A stretch of 30,429 bases of DNA from Candidatus Deianiraeaceae bacterium (GTDB taxonomy: Bacteria; Pseudomonadota; Alphaproteobacteria; Rickettsiales; Deianiraeaceae). Location of the stretch: positions 1-30,429 of the forward strand of contig CAXNCX010000001.1 of assembly GCA_964201065.1 (NCBI GenBank). The letters run 5' to 3'. Each line of letters starts with the position of its first letter. Position 1 is the first letter of the stretch. Both the position numbers and the translations under genes were made by a program. The notes beneath the pieces were generated by a model. The model worked only from the letters and a program-made list of their open reading frames with translations. It was not told the DNA's origin and did not search any database. This document shows, piece after piece, positions 10,046-17,140 of the stretch.

Positions 10046-10103
10046 AAAAAATTATTTTTTTTACGAAAAGCTTTTAAAAAACTTAATTGTTTTCTCTTCT
10101 AAC

Positions 10104-10133
10104 TTGAAAAAATACATAATTCGACTATATAAT
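10104..10133 (+). promoter_or_regulatory. Putative sigma70 promoter for the DUF2513 gene
   Basis: TTGAAA (10104-10109), 18-nt spacer, TATAAT (10128-10133), 25 nt upstream of ATG 10159. The AT-rich background lowers confidence. Confidence 0.4.
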
Positions 10134-10158
10134 TTTAAATAATTAAATAAAAACCTTT

Positions 10159-10572
10159 ATGAAAAGAAATTTAGAGTTGATAAGAGAAATTCTCATGGAT
10201 ATTGAATCTTCAAAAGATTTATCTTGGAATGCTTTAAATAATTTATATTATAAAAAATGGCTTACGAGTGAATTAATAACCAGTAAAGATAAAACAACAG
10301 AACTTAACCATCAAATAGAACTACTGCAATCAAGTCAATTTTTTTTAACAAACCTTATAAGCATCAGAAGAGGAATTGGCACTGCTGTAATGAGTATCAG
10401 TGCTTCTTTTCATGGTCTTTCAAACAAGGGTCATGAATATATTGAAAGTATTAGACAACAGGAAATTTGGAATTCCATAAAACAAGATGCAATAAATTTA
10501 TCGTTTGATGCAATTAAACAATTATCAATTGAGCTTTCCAAAAGCTATATCAAGAAAAAGCTCGGCCTCTGA
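10159..10572 (+). CDS. DUF2513 domain-containing protein (winged-helix-like, function unknown)
   Basis: N-terminal MKRNLELIREILMDIE and C-terminal GLSNKGHEYIESIRQQEIWNSIK match the DUF2513 pattern MKRD.DLIR.IL..IE ... LT..GH.FLD.IR....W. Confidence 0.8.
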   Translation: MKRNLELIREILMDIESSKDLSWNALNNLYYKKWLTSELITSKDKTTELNHQIELLQSSQFFLTNLISIRRGIGTAVMSISASFHGLSNKGHEYIESIRQQEIWNSIKQDAINLSFDAIKQLSIELSKSYIKKKLGL

Positions 10573-10590
10573 CAATTTAAGACTTATTGT

Positions 10591-10730
10591 TTCTATTGCA
10601 AAAAATACTAAATTTGCCATACAAAATAATTTGTGTGGCATCCGTGCAATACAAAATTTTTTCTATTGCAAAAATCAGAAAAAATGCAATACAAATCAAA
10701 AACTTAATTTTCCTTGCAATAAAAAATTGT
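10591..10730. repeat. Degenerate 2 x 70-bp tandem repeat with TATTGCA / TGCAATA boxes upstream of folE
   Basis: Units 10591-10660 and 10661-10730 both begin TTCTATTGCAAAAA and have TGC(A/C)ATA boxes at identical offsets (10615/10685 and 10645/10715). About two-thirds identity by manual alignment, except for one divergent 10-nt block. Confidence 0.75.
10615..10640 (+). other. RNA hairpin within the folE leader
   Basis: TGCCATACAAA-ATAA-TTTGTGTGGCA: 11-bp stem with one U-G wobble, which pairs only in a plus-strand transcript. Confidence 0.55.
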
Positions 10731-10762
10731 GTGTGTTGAATTTTTTGAAGTGTTTTTAAAAA

Positions 10763-11296
10763 ATGGATGGAATTGATAGAAAAACAGCAGACAGTTTAAA
10801 GAATCTTTTTGAGAGTGCTCTTAAAGAACTTGGTTTAGACATCTGGGATGACAAAGAACTTCAAAAAACCCCTGAGAGAATGGCAAAGGCATGGGTTGGG
10901 CAGTTGTTTAAGGGTTTAAATTTATCAAATTTTCCACAAATCACAACATTTGAAAACAAATCTACGCAACAAAACACAATCACAGTAAAAGACATTGGGG
11001 TGTATTCAATGTGTAAACATCATTTTTTACCATTTACAGGCAAATGCACAATTTCTTATGTGCCAAATTCAAAGCTTTTAGGGCTAAGTAAGTTCGCAAA
11101 AATAGTAGATTTTTACGCACGCCAGCCTCAACTTCAAGAGCAACTTACACAAGTAATTTTTGAAAAGCTAAACGAATTGCTTCAGCCAAAAAAACTATAT
11201 GTAAAAATTGAATGCGAACACATGTGTATTAAAATGAGAGTTGCCAATTCTGAAAACTCTGTGTTTATCACAGAATATGGAAGTTTAGATGTTTAA
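10763..11296 (+). CDS. folE: GTP cyclohydrolase I (FolE), variant motifs and short C-terminus
   Basis: TPERMAKAW, SMCKHHFLPF (Zn ligands Cys and His), GLSK, QLQEQLT and HMC..MR (second Zn Cys). Confidence 0.9.
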   Translation: MDGIDRKTADSLKNLFESALKELGLDIWDDKELQKTPERMAKAWVGQLFKGLNLSNFPQITTFENKSTQQNTITVKDIGVYSMCKHHFLPFTGKCTISYVPNSKLLGLSKFAKIVDFYARQPQLQEQLTQVIFEKLNELLQPKKLYVKIECEHMCIKMRVANSENSVFITEYGSLDV

Positions 11297-11298
11297 AT

Positions 11299-11730
11299 AT
11301 GACAACCTGCACTATTTCAATTGAATTTGACTCCGCACACAGGCTCTATAGACATTCAGGAAAGTGCGAAAAACTACACGGACATCGTTATAAAACAGAA
11401 TTTACATTTAAAAATAAAAACGGTGTTGACGCAGACGGCATGGTTATTGACTTCACAGAAATAAAACCATTATTAAAAAAATGGATAAACGAAAATTTTG
11501 ACCACAATGTTATTCTTGGAATAGAAGATGAAACTTTAGGTAAGGCAATTGAAGACGCCAGTGGATATAAGATTTTTTGGCTACCAAATAACCCAACGGC
11601 AGAAAATATTGCAAATTTTTTGTTCAAAAAAGCAAATGAACTGCTAAATAACAACAAATATGTTGATTGTGTGAAAGTTAAGGTGTTTGAAACTCCTAAC
11701 GGCTGGGCAGAGGTTGAGAGTGAAAATTAA
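11299..11730 (+). CDS. queD: 6-pyruvoyl-tetrahydropterin synthase / QueD family (COG0720), hybrid PTPS-I/III signature
   Basis: FDSAH, KCEKLHGHRY, MVIDF, FDH, PTAENIA and VFETP motifs; 2 nt downstream of folE. Confidence 0.92.
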   Translation: MTTCTISIEFDSAHRLYRHSGKCEKLHGHRYKTEFTFKNKNGVDADGMVIDFTEIKPLLKKWINENFDHNVILGIEDETLGKAIEDASGYKIFWLPNNPTAENIANFLFKKANELLNNNKYVDCVKVKVFETPNGWAEVESEN

Positions 11731-11746
11731 AAATAATTAAAAATCT

Positions 11747-12541
11747 TTAATCATCGCTTAATACTGGTTTTTTATGCACCCAGTTGTTGTTTACAATTTC
11801 ATGTATAATAAACTCAGCAACATCTCCTCTTTTAATTTTAAAGTCTCCTTTTCCAATGTACCTATCCGCAACTATAAAGTCGTCATATTTTCCATTTTTT
11901 AAGTATGAAGGTCTAACAACAGTCCATTCTATGTCTTTGTTGTGATCTAGTATAGTTTCAGATTTCATCATGTCCATATAGGTATTCATAAGAGCTGGTC
12001 TTATAAATTTTCTATAAATCCAAGGTGCACCTCTGTCGTAATCAACGCCTGAAGATGTTATTGTGATCAATCTTTTAACCTTGTGTTTTTTCATTGATTC
12101 TATTACAATTGAGACAGACTTACTGTAGATGTCTGTGGATTTTTTTGCCTTTTTGCAATCCCCAGAGCCAACCGCAATAACAACGGCATCTGCATCTTTT
12201 ACAATTGCGTCAACCTCAGCTTTATTGTCAAAGCTGTATTCTTTTATTACAACAGCATCATCAACTTTATTTTTAATGCTATACGCTGTTCTGACGGCTG
12301 CAATCATTGAGTGTCCATGAGACTTACCAGTTTTAATTACCTCAAAACCAGTCTTTCCATTGGCACCAAAAACGACAATCTTTTTGGGTTGCGATTTATT
12401 GTTAGGCTTTCCATCACGAAATAATACTTTGTCTTTATAGTCATATTCAACAAAATTAGGATTTCTTTGAACCTTTTTACTACAACATGCTGACAGTAAA
12501 ACAAACACAGACAGTGTTAAAAATTTATGCAATTTAATCAT
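11747..12541 (-). CDS. NAD(P)H-binding oxidoreductase (biliverdin reductase B / flavin reductase-like) with an N-terminal lipoprotein signal
   Basis: MIKLHKFLTLSVFVLLSA-C lipobox, Rossmann IVVFGANGKTG, DAVVIAVG, KRLITITSSG, WTVVRPSYL and IKRGDVAEFI. Confidence 0.82.
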   Translation of the reverse strand: MIKLHKFLTLSVFVLLSACCSKKVQRNPNFVEYDYKDKVLFRDGKPNNKSQPKKIVVFGANGKTGFEVIKTGKSHGHSMIAAVRTAYSIKNKVDDAVVIKEYSFDNKAEVDAIVKDADAVVIAVGSGDCKKAKKSTDIYSKSVSIVIESMKKHKVKRLITITSSGVDYDRGAPWIYRKFIRPALMNTYMDMMKSETILDHNKDIEWTVVRPSYLKNGKYDDFIVADRYIGKGDFKIKRGDVAEFIIHEIVNNNWVHKKPVLSDD

Positions 12542-12566
12542 ATTAATAGAATTAAAATTTTAATAA

Positions 12567-12594
12567 ATTATCGTTCGAAAAAGATAAAAATCAA
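12567..12594 (-). promoter_or_regulatory. Putative sigma70 promoter for the lipoprotein reductase gene
   Basis: Minus strand TTGATT (12594-12589), 16-nt spacer, GATAAT (12572-12567). Confidence 0.3.
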
Positions 12595-12624
12595 CATTTT
12601 ATACAAAAACCATCTAAAGTATCT

Positions 12625-13938
12625 CTATAAAGCACTAATTAAATTGAGTAATTTTAGCTTTTGAAGATTATAAAAATACTTCGCCTGTAAGAGTCTGTCT
12701 TCAGACTTTTCTAAGTCAAGACGAGAATTTGCCAAGTCTATAAAACTTATTATTCCTTGATTATAGTATTGAGACATTAGGTTATAATATTCTCGTGTTG
12801 TGGTTCTTATTTCATCCGCTAACTCAATTTTTTCTTTTGCCAGTTTTATATTGTGATATGTTTCAAAAATAGCATTACGAAGCTGTCTTTCTGTTAAGAC
12901 TAACATATCTTCCTGAATTGACTTTGCTTCAATTGCCTTTTGGATTGTATTAGAATCTCTAAATCCGTTAAATAAATTAAAGTCCAGCCTTAATCCACCT
13001 CCAGTAATATTTCTATCCCCACCTAAATCAATCGTATTTAGACCGCCTAAAGCTATAAGATTACTACTGCTATTAATGTTAGCATGAAATGCAAATGCTG
13101 ACAACTTAGGCATATACAATAGTGTTGAGACTCGCTTTGTTAATTTTGTCTCTTCTAGTTTTGTTTCTTGTATTTTTAGTGTCAGGCTGTTTTCTTGTGC
13201 AATTTTAAATACCTCGCTTATATTTGAAAAATCTTTTTTATACTTCTCTGACAACACAATATCCTTTTGAAAATTAATAATGTGCGTTTCATCTGATATA
13301 CCAAGTTCAGTTTTTAGTGTATAAAGATTGTTTTGATATTTATTGTCCGCCTCTATAAGATTGAATTTTGCGAGCTTCAAATCTGCTTTTGACTTTAAGT
13401 AATCTAGTTTTTTTACCAAACCTCTAGTATATTTTTCAGTTACCCAACTAAATTCATTTTGAACCAAATCATATGTCTTGGATTTAATACCCAAGTCTTC
13501 TTTTTGAAGACTGACCATATACCACTTATATGTAATATCAAAGATTAAATTTTGAAGTTCAGCGTTTTTCTCGTATTCTTGTGCAAGAAACTGTGTTTTT
13601 AATATATCAATCTTGCCTTCTCTGGCACCAAAATCTGTAATTAAGTAGTTCGCAATCAATCCATATCCACTGAATGTAGTTCTGTTTGTTTTGTCTGTTT
13701 TGTCATCAGATAAACTTGATTTTCCATACTGACCAATTAAATTTAATGTTGGCAAATACATTGAATATCCATCTTTAATGTTTAATTTAGCTATATCGGA
13801 TTTAGCTTTTAAAATTCTAAGTTTTGGATGATTGGATATAGCAAGTTCAATCGCTTCACCTACATTGTCGATAAGCTTGATATCGCTGTTTGCATAAACA
13901 CCAAAAGCTAAAAATGTAAAAAGTAACAAATATTTCAC
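12625..13938 (-). CDS. tolC: TolC-family outer membrane efflux channel
   Basis: GTG start and signal peptide. AIELAISNHPKL, YLPTL and a second repeat YMPKLS, RLDFNLFNGF, YYNQG..SFIDL. Last gene of the emrA-emrB operon. Confidence 0.88.
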   Translation of the reverse strand: MKYLLLFTFLAFGVYANSDIKLIDNVGEAIELAISNHPKLRILKAKSDIAKLNIKDGYSMYLPTLNLIGQYGKSSLSDDKTDKTNRTTFSGYGLIANYLITDFGAREGKIDILKTQFLAQEYEKNAELQNLIFDITYKWYMVSLQKEDLGIKSKTYDLVQNEFSWVTEKYTRGLVKKLDYLKSKADLKLAKFNLIEADNKYQNNLYTLKTELGISDETHIINFQKDIVLSEKYKKDFSNISEVFKIAQENSLTLKIQETKLEETKLTKRVSTLLYMPKLSAFAFHANINSSSNLIALGGLNTIDLGGDRNITGGGLRLDFNLFNGFRDSNTIQKAIEAKSIQEDMLVLTERQLRNAIFETYHNIKLAKEKIELADEIRTTTREYYNLMSQYYNQGIISFIDLANSRLDLEKSEDRLLQAKYFYNLQKLKLLNLISAL

Positions 13939-13953
13939 AGAGTCTATTTAAAA

Positions 13954-15381
13954 TTATTTTTTATTGCTCATCAAAAGAACACATGGAATTATAGCTAGAC
14001 TCATAAAAGCAACGACTCTGAAAGAATTCAGATACCCAAGTAACGCAGCGTTCTTTAAAATTATCCCACCAATATCTGGATTGTTCGCAAGCTCGACAGA
14101 ATTAACAAATTCAGTTAAAATATTAGCATTATATCTAGTATAATGAGATATAATAGACACAATCAGTGCTATACCAATTGAACCACCAACAGTCCTAACA
14201 AGCGTATTTAAAGATGTTGCATCTTTTTGTAAATCTTCTGGCACAGACCTAAACGCAATCGTTGAAACTGGAACAAACAACAATCCAAGACCAAACCCCT
14301 GTATAACACCTGTGTATACAATGATAAATGTTGTTACATCTTGATTTACATAGCTCATTCTATACATCGAGATAAAACACAAAATTATGCCGAAAATTAT
14401 AATCTTTCTTGGATCTGTTTTGTTTATAATTTTACCAACAGTAGCCATTGCAAAGAGTGTTCCAAAACCTCTTGGGCACAACAACAAACCTGCTTGAATA
14501 GTATTGTATCCAACTATTTTTTGTAAAAAAGACGGCACAATAGCAATAGAAGAAAACAATATCAATCCAAGTAAAAACATTGCAAAAGTGCCTAAAAAAT
14601 AATTCCTATCAAAAAATAATTTATATTTTATAAAACAACCCTCTCCAACCTTTTTACAATGAAATATAAACATAAAAAACGCCAATATAGACAATAGTAA
14701 GTAAAATTTAATCTCTGATGACTCAAACCAATCTTTTTGATCACCTAAATCTAGTATTGTTTGTAACGCACCTATAAATAAACCAAAAATAATAAATCCT
14801 TTTATATCAAGTTTTACCTGTTTTGCAGGCAAAGGTTCCATGAAAAATTTTACCCCGAAAAATGTCAAAACGCCAATTGGAAGATTAATTAAAAATATCC
14901 ACCTCCAATTAAAATGCTCTGTGATGTATCCACCTATAACAGGCCCTAGTATTGGTGCAACCATAATACCTATACCCCATGTTGCCATTGCCTTGCCACG
15001 ATCTTCTGGCTTATTTATACTAATCAAGACATACTGAGAAAGTGGTATTAAACAACAACCAATAGCACCTTGTAAGATTCTAGATATTATCATCTGTTCA
15101 ACAGACATAGATATTCCACATCCAATTGATGCTAAAACAAATCCAGCTACAGCATACAACATGACTTTTTTTACCCCTAAAACACTGCTAAGCCATCCGC
15201 TAATTGGAGTTATTATAGCAGATGCAACAATATACGAGGTAAGTATCCATGCTGCTTCATTATCAGTAGCTCCAAATGTTGCTTGAATTCTTGGCAATGC
15301 AACATTTGCAATTGTAGAATCAATAACCTCCATTATAGCGGCCAAAATAACAAATATCGTAACAACTGCCTTGCCATTCAT
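13954..15381 (-). CDS. emrB: DHA2 (EmrB/QacA) 14-TM MFS efflux transporter
   Basis: MEVIDSTIANVALP, WILTSYIVASAI, RILQG, APILGPVIGGYIT..FNWRWIFLINLPIG and RTVGGSIG motifs. Confidence 0.92.
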   Translation of the reverse strand: MNGKAVVTIFVILAAIMEVIDSTIANVALPRIQATFGATDNEAAWILTSYIVASAIITPISGWLSSVLGVKKVMLYAVAGFVLASIGCGISMSVEQMIISRILQGAIGCCLIPLSQYVLISINKPEDRGKAMATWGIGIMVAPILGPVIGGYITEHFNWRWIFLINLPIGVLTFFGVKFFMEPLPAKQVKLDIKGFIIFGLFIGALQTILDLGDQKDWFESSEIKFYLLLSILAFFMFIFHCKKVGEGCFIKYKLFFDRNYFLGTFAMFLLGLILFSSIAIVPSFLQKIVGYNTIQAGLLLCPRGFGTLFAMATVGKIINKTDPRKIIIFGIILCFISMYRMSYVNQDVTTFIIVYTGVIQGFGLGLLFVPVSTIAFRSVPEDLQKDATSLNTLVRTVGGSIGIALIVSIISHYTRYNANILTEFVNSVELANNPDIGGIILKNAALLGYLNSFRVVAFMSLAIIPCVLLMSNKK

Positions 15382-15389
15382 ATATGTTC

Positions 15390-16214
15390 TTATTTAAAAA
15401 TTTTCACTTCAGTGTTTAAACCTGACTTGAAAAACTTACATTGATCGTCAACAATATTGTCAAATCTTAACTTAACTCTTAATCTTTGTGTAACTTTTAT
15501 CCAGTTACCTGATATATTTTGAGAAGGTAGTAATGAAAATTCAGAATTTACAGCATTTGAGACATCAACGACGGAGGCTTTAAACTTTTTGGACTTATCG
15601 TAATCAATTACGACAACCGCCTTAGAACCTTTTTTTATGTATCTAGCGTCAGTTTCTTTGAAATTAGCCTCAACCCAAACATCAGTACAATCAATAATAT
15701 TGCCTAAAAATGTCGCTTTGGAAACTGTATCGCCTTTTTTAAGGTTGAAGTTAGTTAAAATACCTTTAATTGGTGATTTTGCAATAGCTTTATCATACAT
15801 ATATTTTGCTATCTCAAAAGCTGATTGGGCTTCTTCTTTTTGAGTTTTAATTTGTAAAAATTCTATCTCAGAAATAAGTTTTTTATCATGTAATCCTTTT
15901 TGTTTTTTATATAACTCTAAAACATAATCACGCTTCGCAGTAATTGAATCTAGTTGATTTCGATAAACAATATCATTAATTTTAAAAACTGGTTCGTTTT
16001 GCTCAACAAAACTACCATCTTCTTTCATTACATCCGTAATTTCACCTTCTACAACAGAAAAGAGTTTTATATTTTTAACTTTTAACTGTGCATTATCAGT
16101 CGAAATTGTTAAATTAGAACGATAAAGTAAGGCAAGAAAAATAAATAATGAAAATAAAACTAGAAAAACTTTATGTCTTTTTTCCAATGAAAAAGAAATA
16201 TCAAGAGCACGCAT
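15390..16214 (-). CDS. emrA: HlyD/EmrA-family periplasmic adaptor, short hairpin
   Basis: N-terminal TM anchor, STDNA, lipoyl halves, WVEANFKET and FSLLP.QN.SGNWIKVTQRL, typical of EmrA. Confidence 0.88.
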   Translation of the reverse strand: MRALDISFSLEKRHKVFLVLFSLFIFLALLYRSNLTISTDNAQLKVKNIKLFSVVEGEITDVMKEDGSFVEQNEPVFKINDIVYRNQLDSITAKRDYVLELYKKQKGLHDKKLISEIEFLQIKTQKEEAQSAFEIAKYMYDKAIAKSPIKGILTNFNLKKGDTVSKATFLGNIIDCTDVWVEANFKETDARYIKKGSKAVVVIDYDKSKKFKASVVDVSNAVNSEFSLLPSQNISGNWIKVTQRLRVKLRFDNIVDDQCKFFKSGLNTEVKIFK

Positions 16215-16221
16215 ATAAAAA

Positions 16222-16235
16222 AATATTGCAATATT
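16222..16235. promoter_or_regulatory. Perfect 14-bp palindrome in the emrA/dapA divergent region; candidate operator
   Basis: AATATTGCAATATT lies 7 bp upstream of the emrA start codon. Confidence 0.35.
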
Positions 16236-16277
16236 AGTATGAGTAAATAATAAGTAAGTAAGTAAATTTAAATTGCA

Positions 16278-17129
16278 ATGTCTTTAAGTACTTTATATTC
16301 TACATACACAGCCATACCGACGCCTTTTACGGAGCAAAATGCAATAGACTGGACATCATTAGAAAACATATTAAAATACCAATCAAATAGCAAGGTTTCA
16401 GGAATAGTTGTTGCAGGATCCACTGGAGAAAAAATGTCCTTAACTGATAAAGAATATCACCATATATTAAAATTTTGTAAAGAAAATTTTAAAAATAAGG
16501 AAATAATTGCTGGAATATCTGACACAAGTTTAACAAGAGTTTTAGCAAATTTAGAACTTGCAAACACAATAGGTTACGATAAAGTTTTACTTACTAACCC
16601 TTGCTATGTTAAAGCACAGGAAAGCGGTCTTCTAGAATATTTCAAAATTATCAACGATAATACTAAAATACCAATAATGCTTTACAATGTGCCATCAAGA
16701 ACAGGTCAAAGCATGAGCAACCAATTAATCGCAAAGTTAAGTGAACTTAACATGGTTGATTCTATTAAAGACGCAACCGGAGATTTAACAAGACCTGCAG
16801 AATTAATATCTATGTTAAACAAACCAATAGGTATATTTAGTGGAGAAGATGCCACAATGCCTGCATTTAATACTCAAGGTGGAAATGGAGTAGTGTCTGT
16901 TGTGTCAAACATAGAGCCTGACTTTATATGTGACATTCAACATAAAAAAATAGATAAAGCAGAATTAATAAAGTTAAATAATCTATCAAATACAATGTTC
17001 TGTGAATCAAATCCTGTGCCAGTTAAATATGGTTTATATAAGCTTAAAATTATCAAATCATATCAGGTTAGACTTCCGTTGAGCAATTTGAGTGAAAATT
17101 CACAAAAATTGATTGATTCAATTTTCTAA
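16278..17129 (+). CDS. dapA: 4-hydroxy-tetrahydrodipicolinate synthase
   Basis: AIPTPF, GSTGE, PCYVK, LYNVPSRTG, Schiff-base IKDATGD, FSGED, GVVSVVSN and FCESNPVPVK. Confidence 0.96.
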   Translation: MSLSTLYSTYTAIPTPFTEQNAIDWTSLENILKYQSNSKVSGIVVAGSTGEKMSLTDKEYHHILKFCKENFKNKEIIAGISDTSLTRVLANLELANTIGYDKVLLTNPCYVKAQESGLLEYFKIINDNTKIPIMLYNVPSRTGQSMSNQLIAKLSELNMVDSIKDATGDLTRPAELISMLNKPIGIFSGEDATMPAFNTQGGNGVVSVVSNIEPDFICDIQHKKIDKAELIKLNNLSNTMFCESNPVPVKYGLYKLKIIKSYQVRLPLSNLSENSQKLIDSIF

Positions 17130-17140
17130 GTTTTTTAAAA

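Noticed and set aside
10591-10730. CRISPR array, iterons or replication origin
   Set aside because: Only two degenerate units, no unique spacers, no cas or rep gene, and no DnaA boxes seen.
10505-10759. 84-aa Cys-rich ORF ending 3 nt before folE
   Set aside because: It overlaps DUF2513 by 68 bp, its cysteines come from the TGC/TGT-containing repeat boxes, and it has no recognisable domain or SD. Probably spurious, though a leader-peptide role is not formally excluded.
10159-11730. 7-deazaguanine DNA-modification (dpd) or prophage island
   Set aside because: No dpdA/tgt, queC, queE, integrase or phage genes are present in the window; folE and queD alone are insufficient.
10763-12541. folE + PTPS + reductase as a tetrahydrobiopterin pathway
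   Set aside because: The reductase is convergent, BVR-B-like rather than a classical sepiapterin-reductase SDR (no YxxxK), and predicted to be exported.
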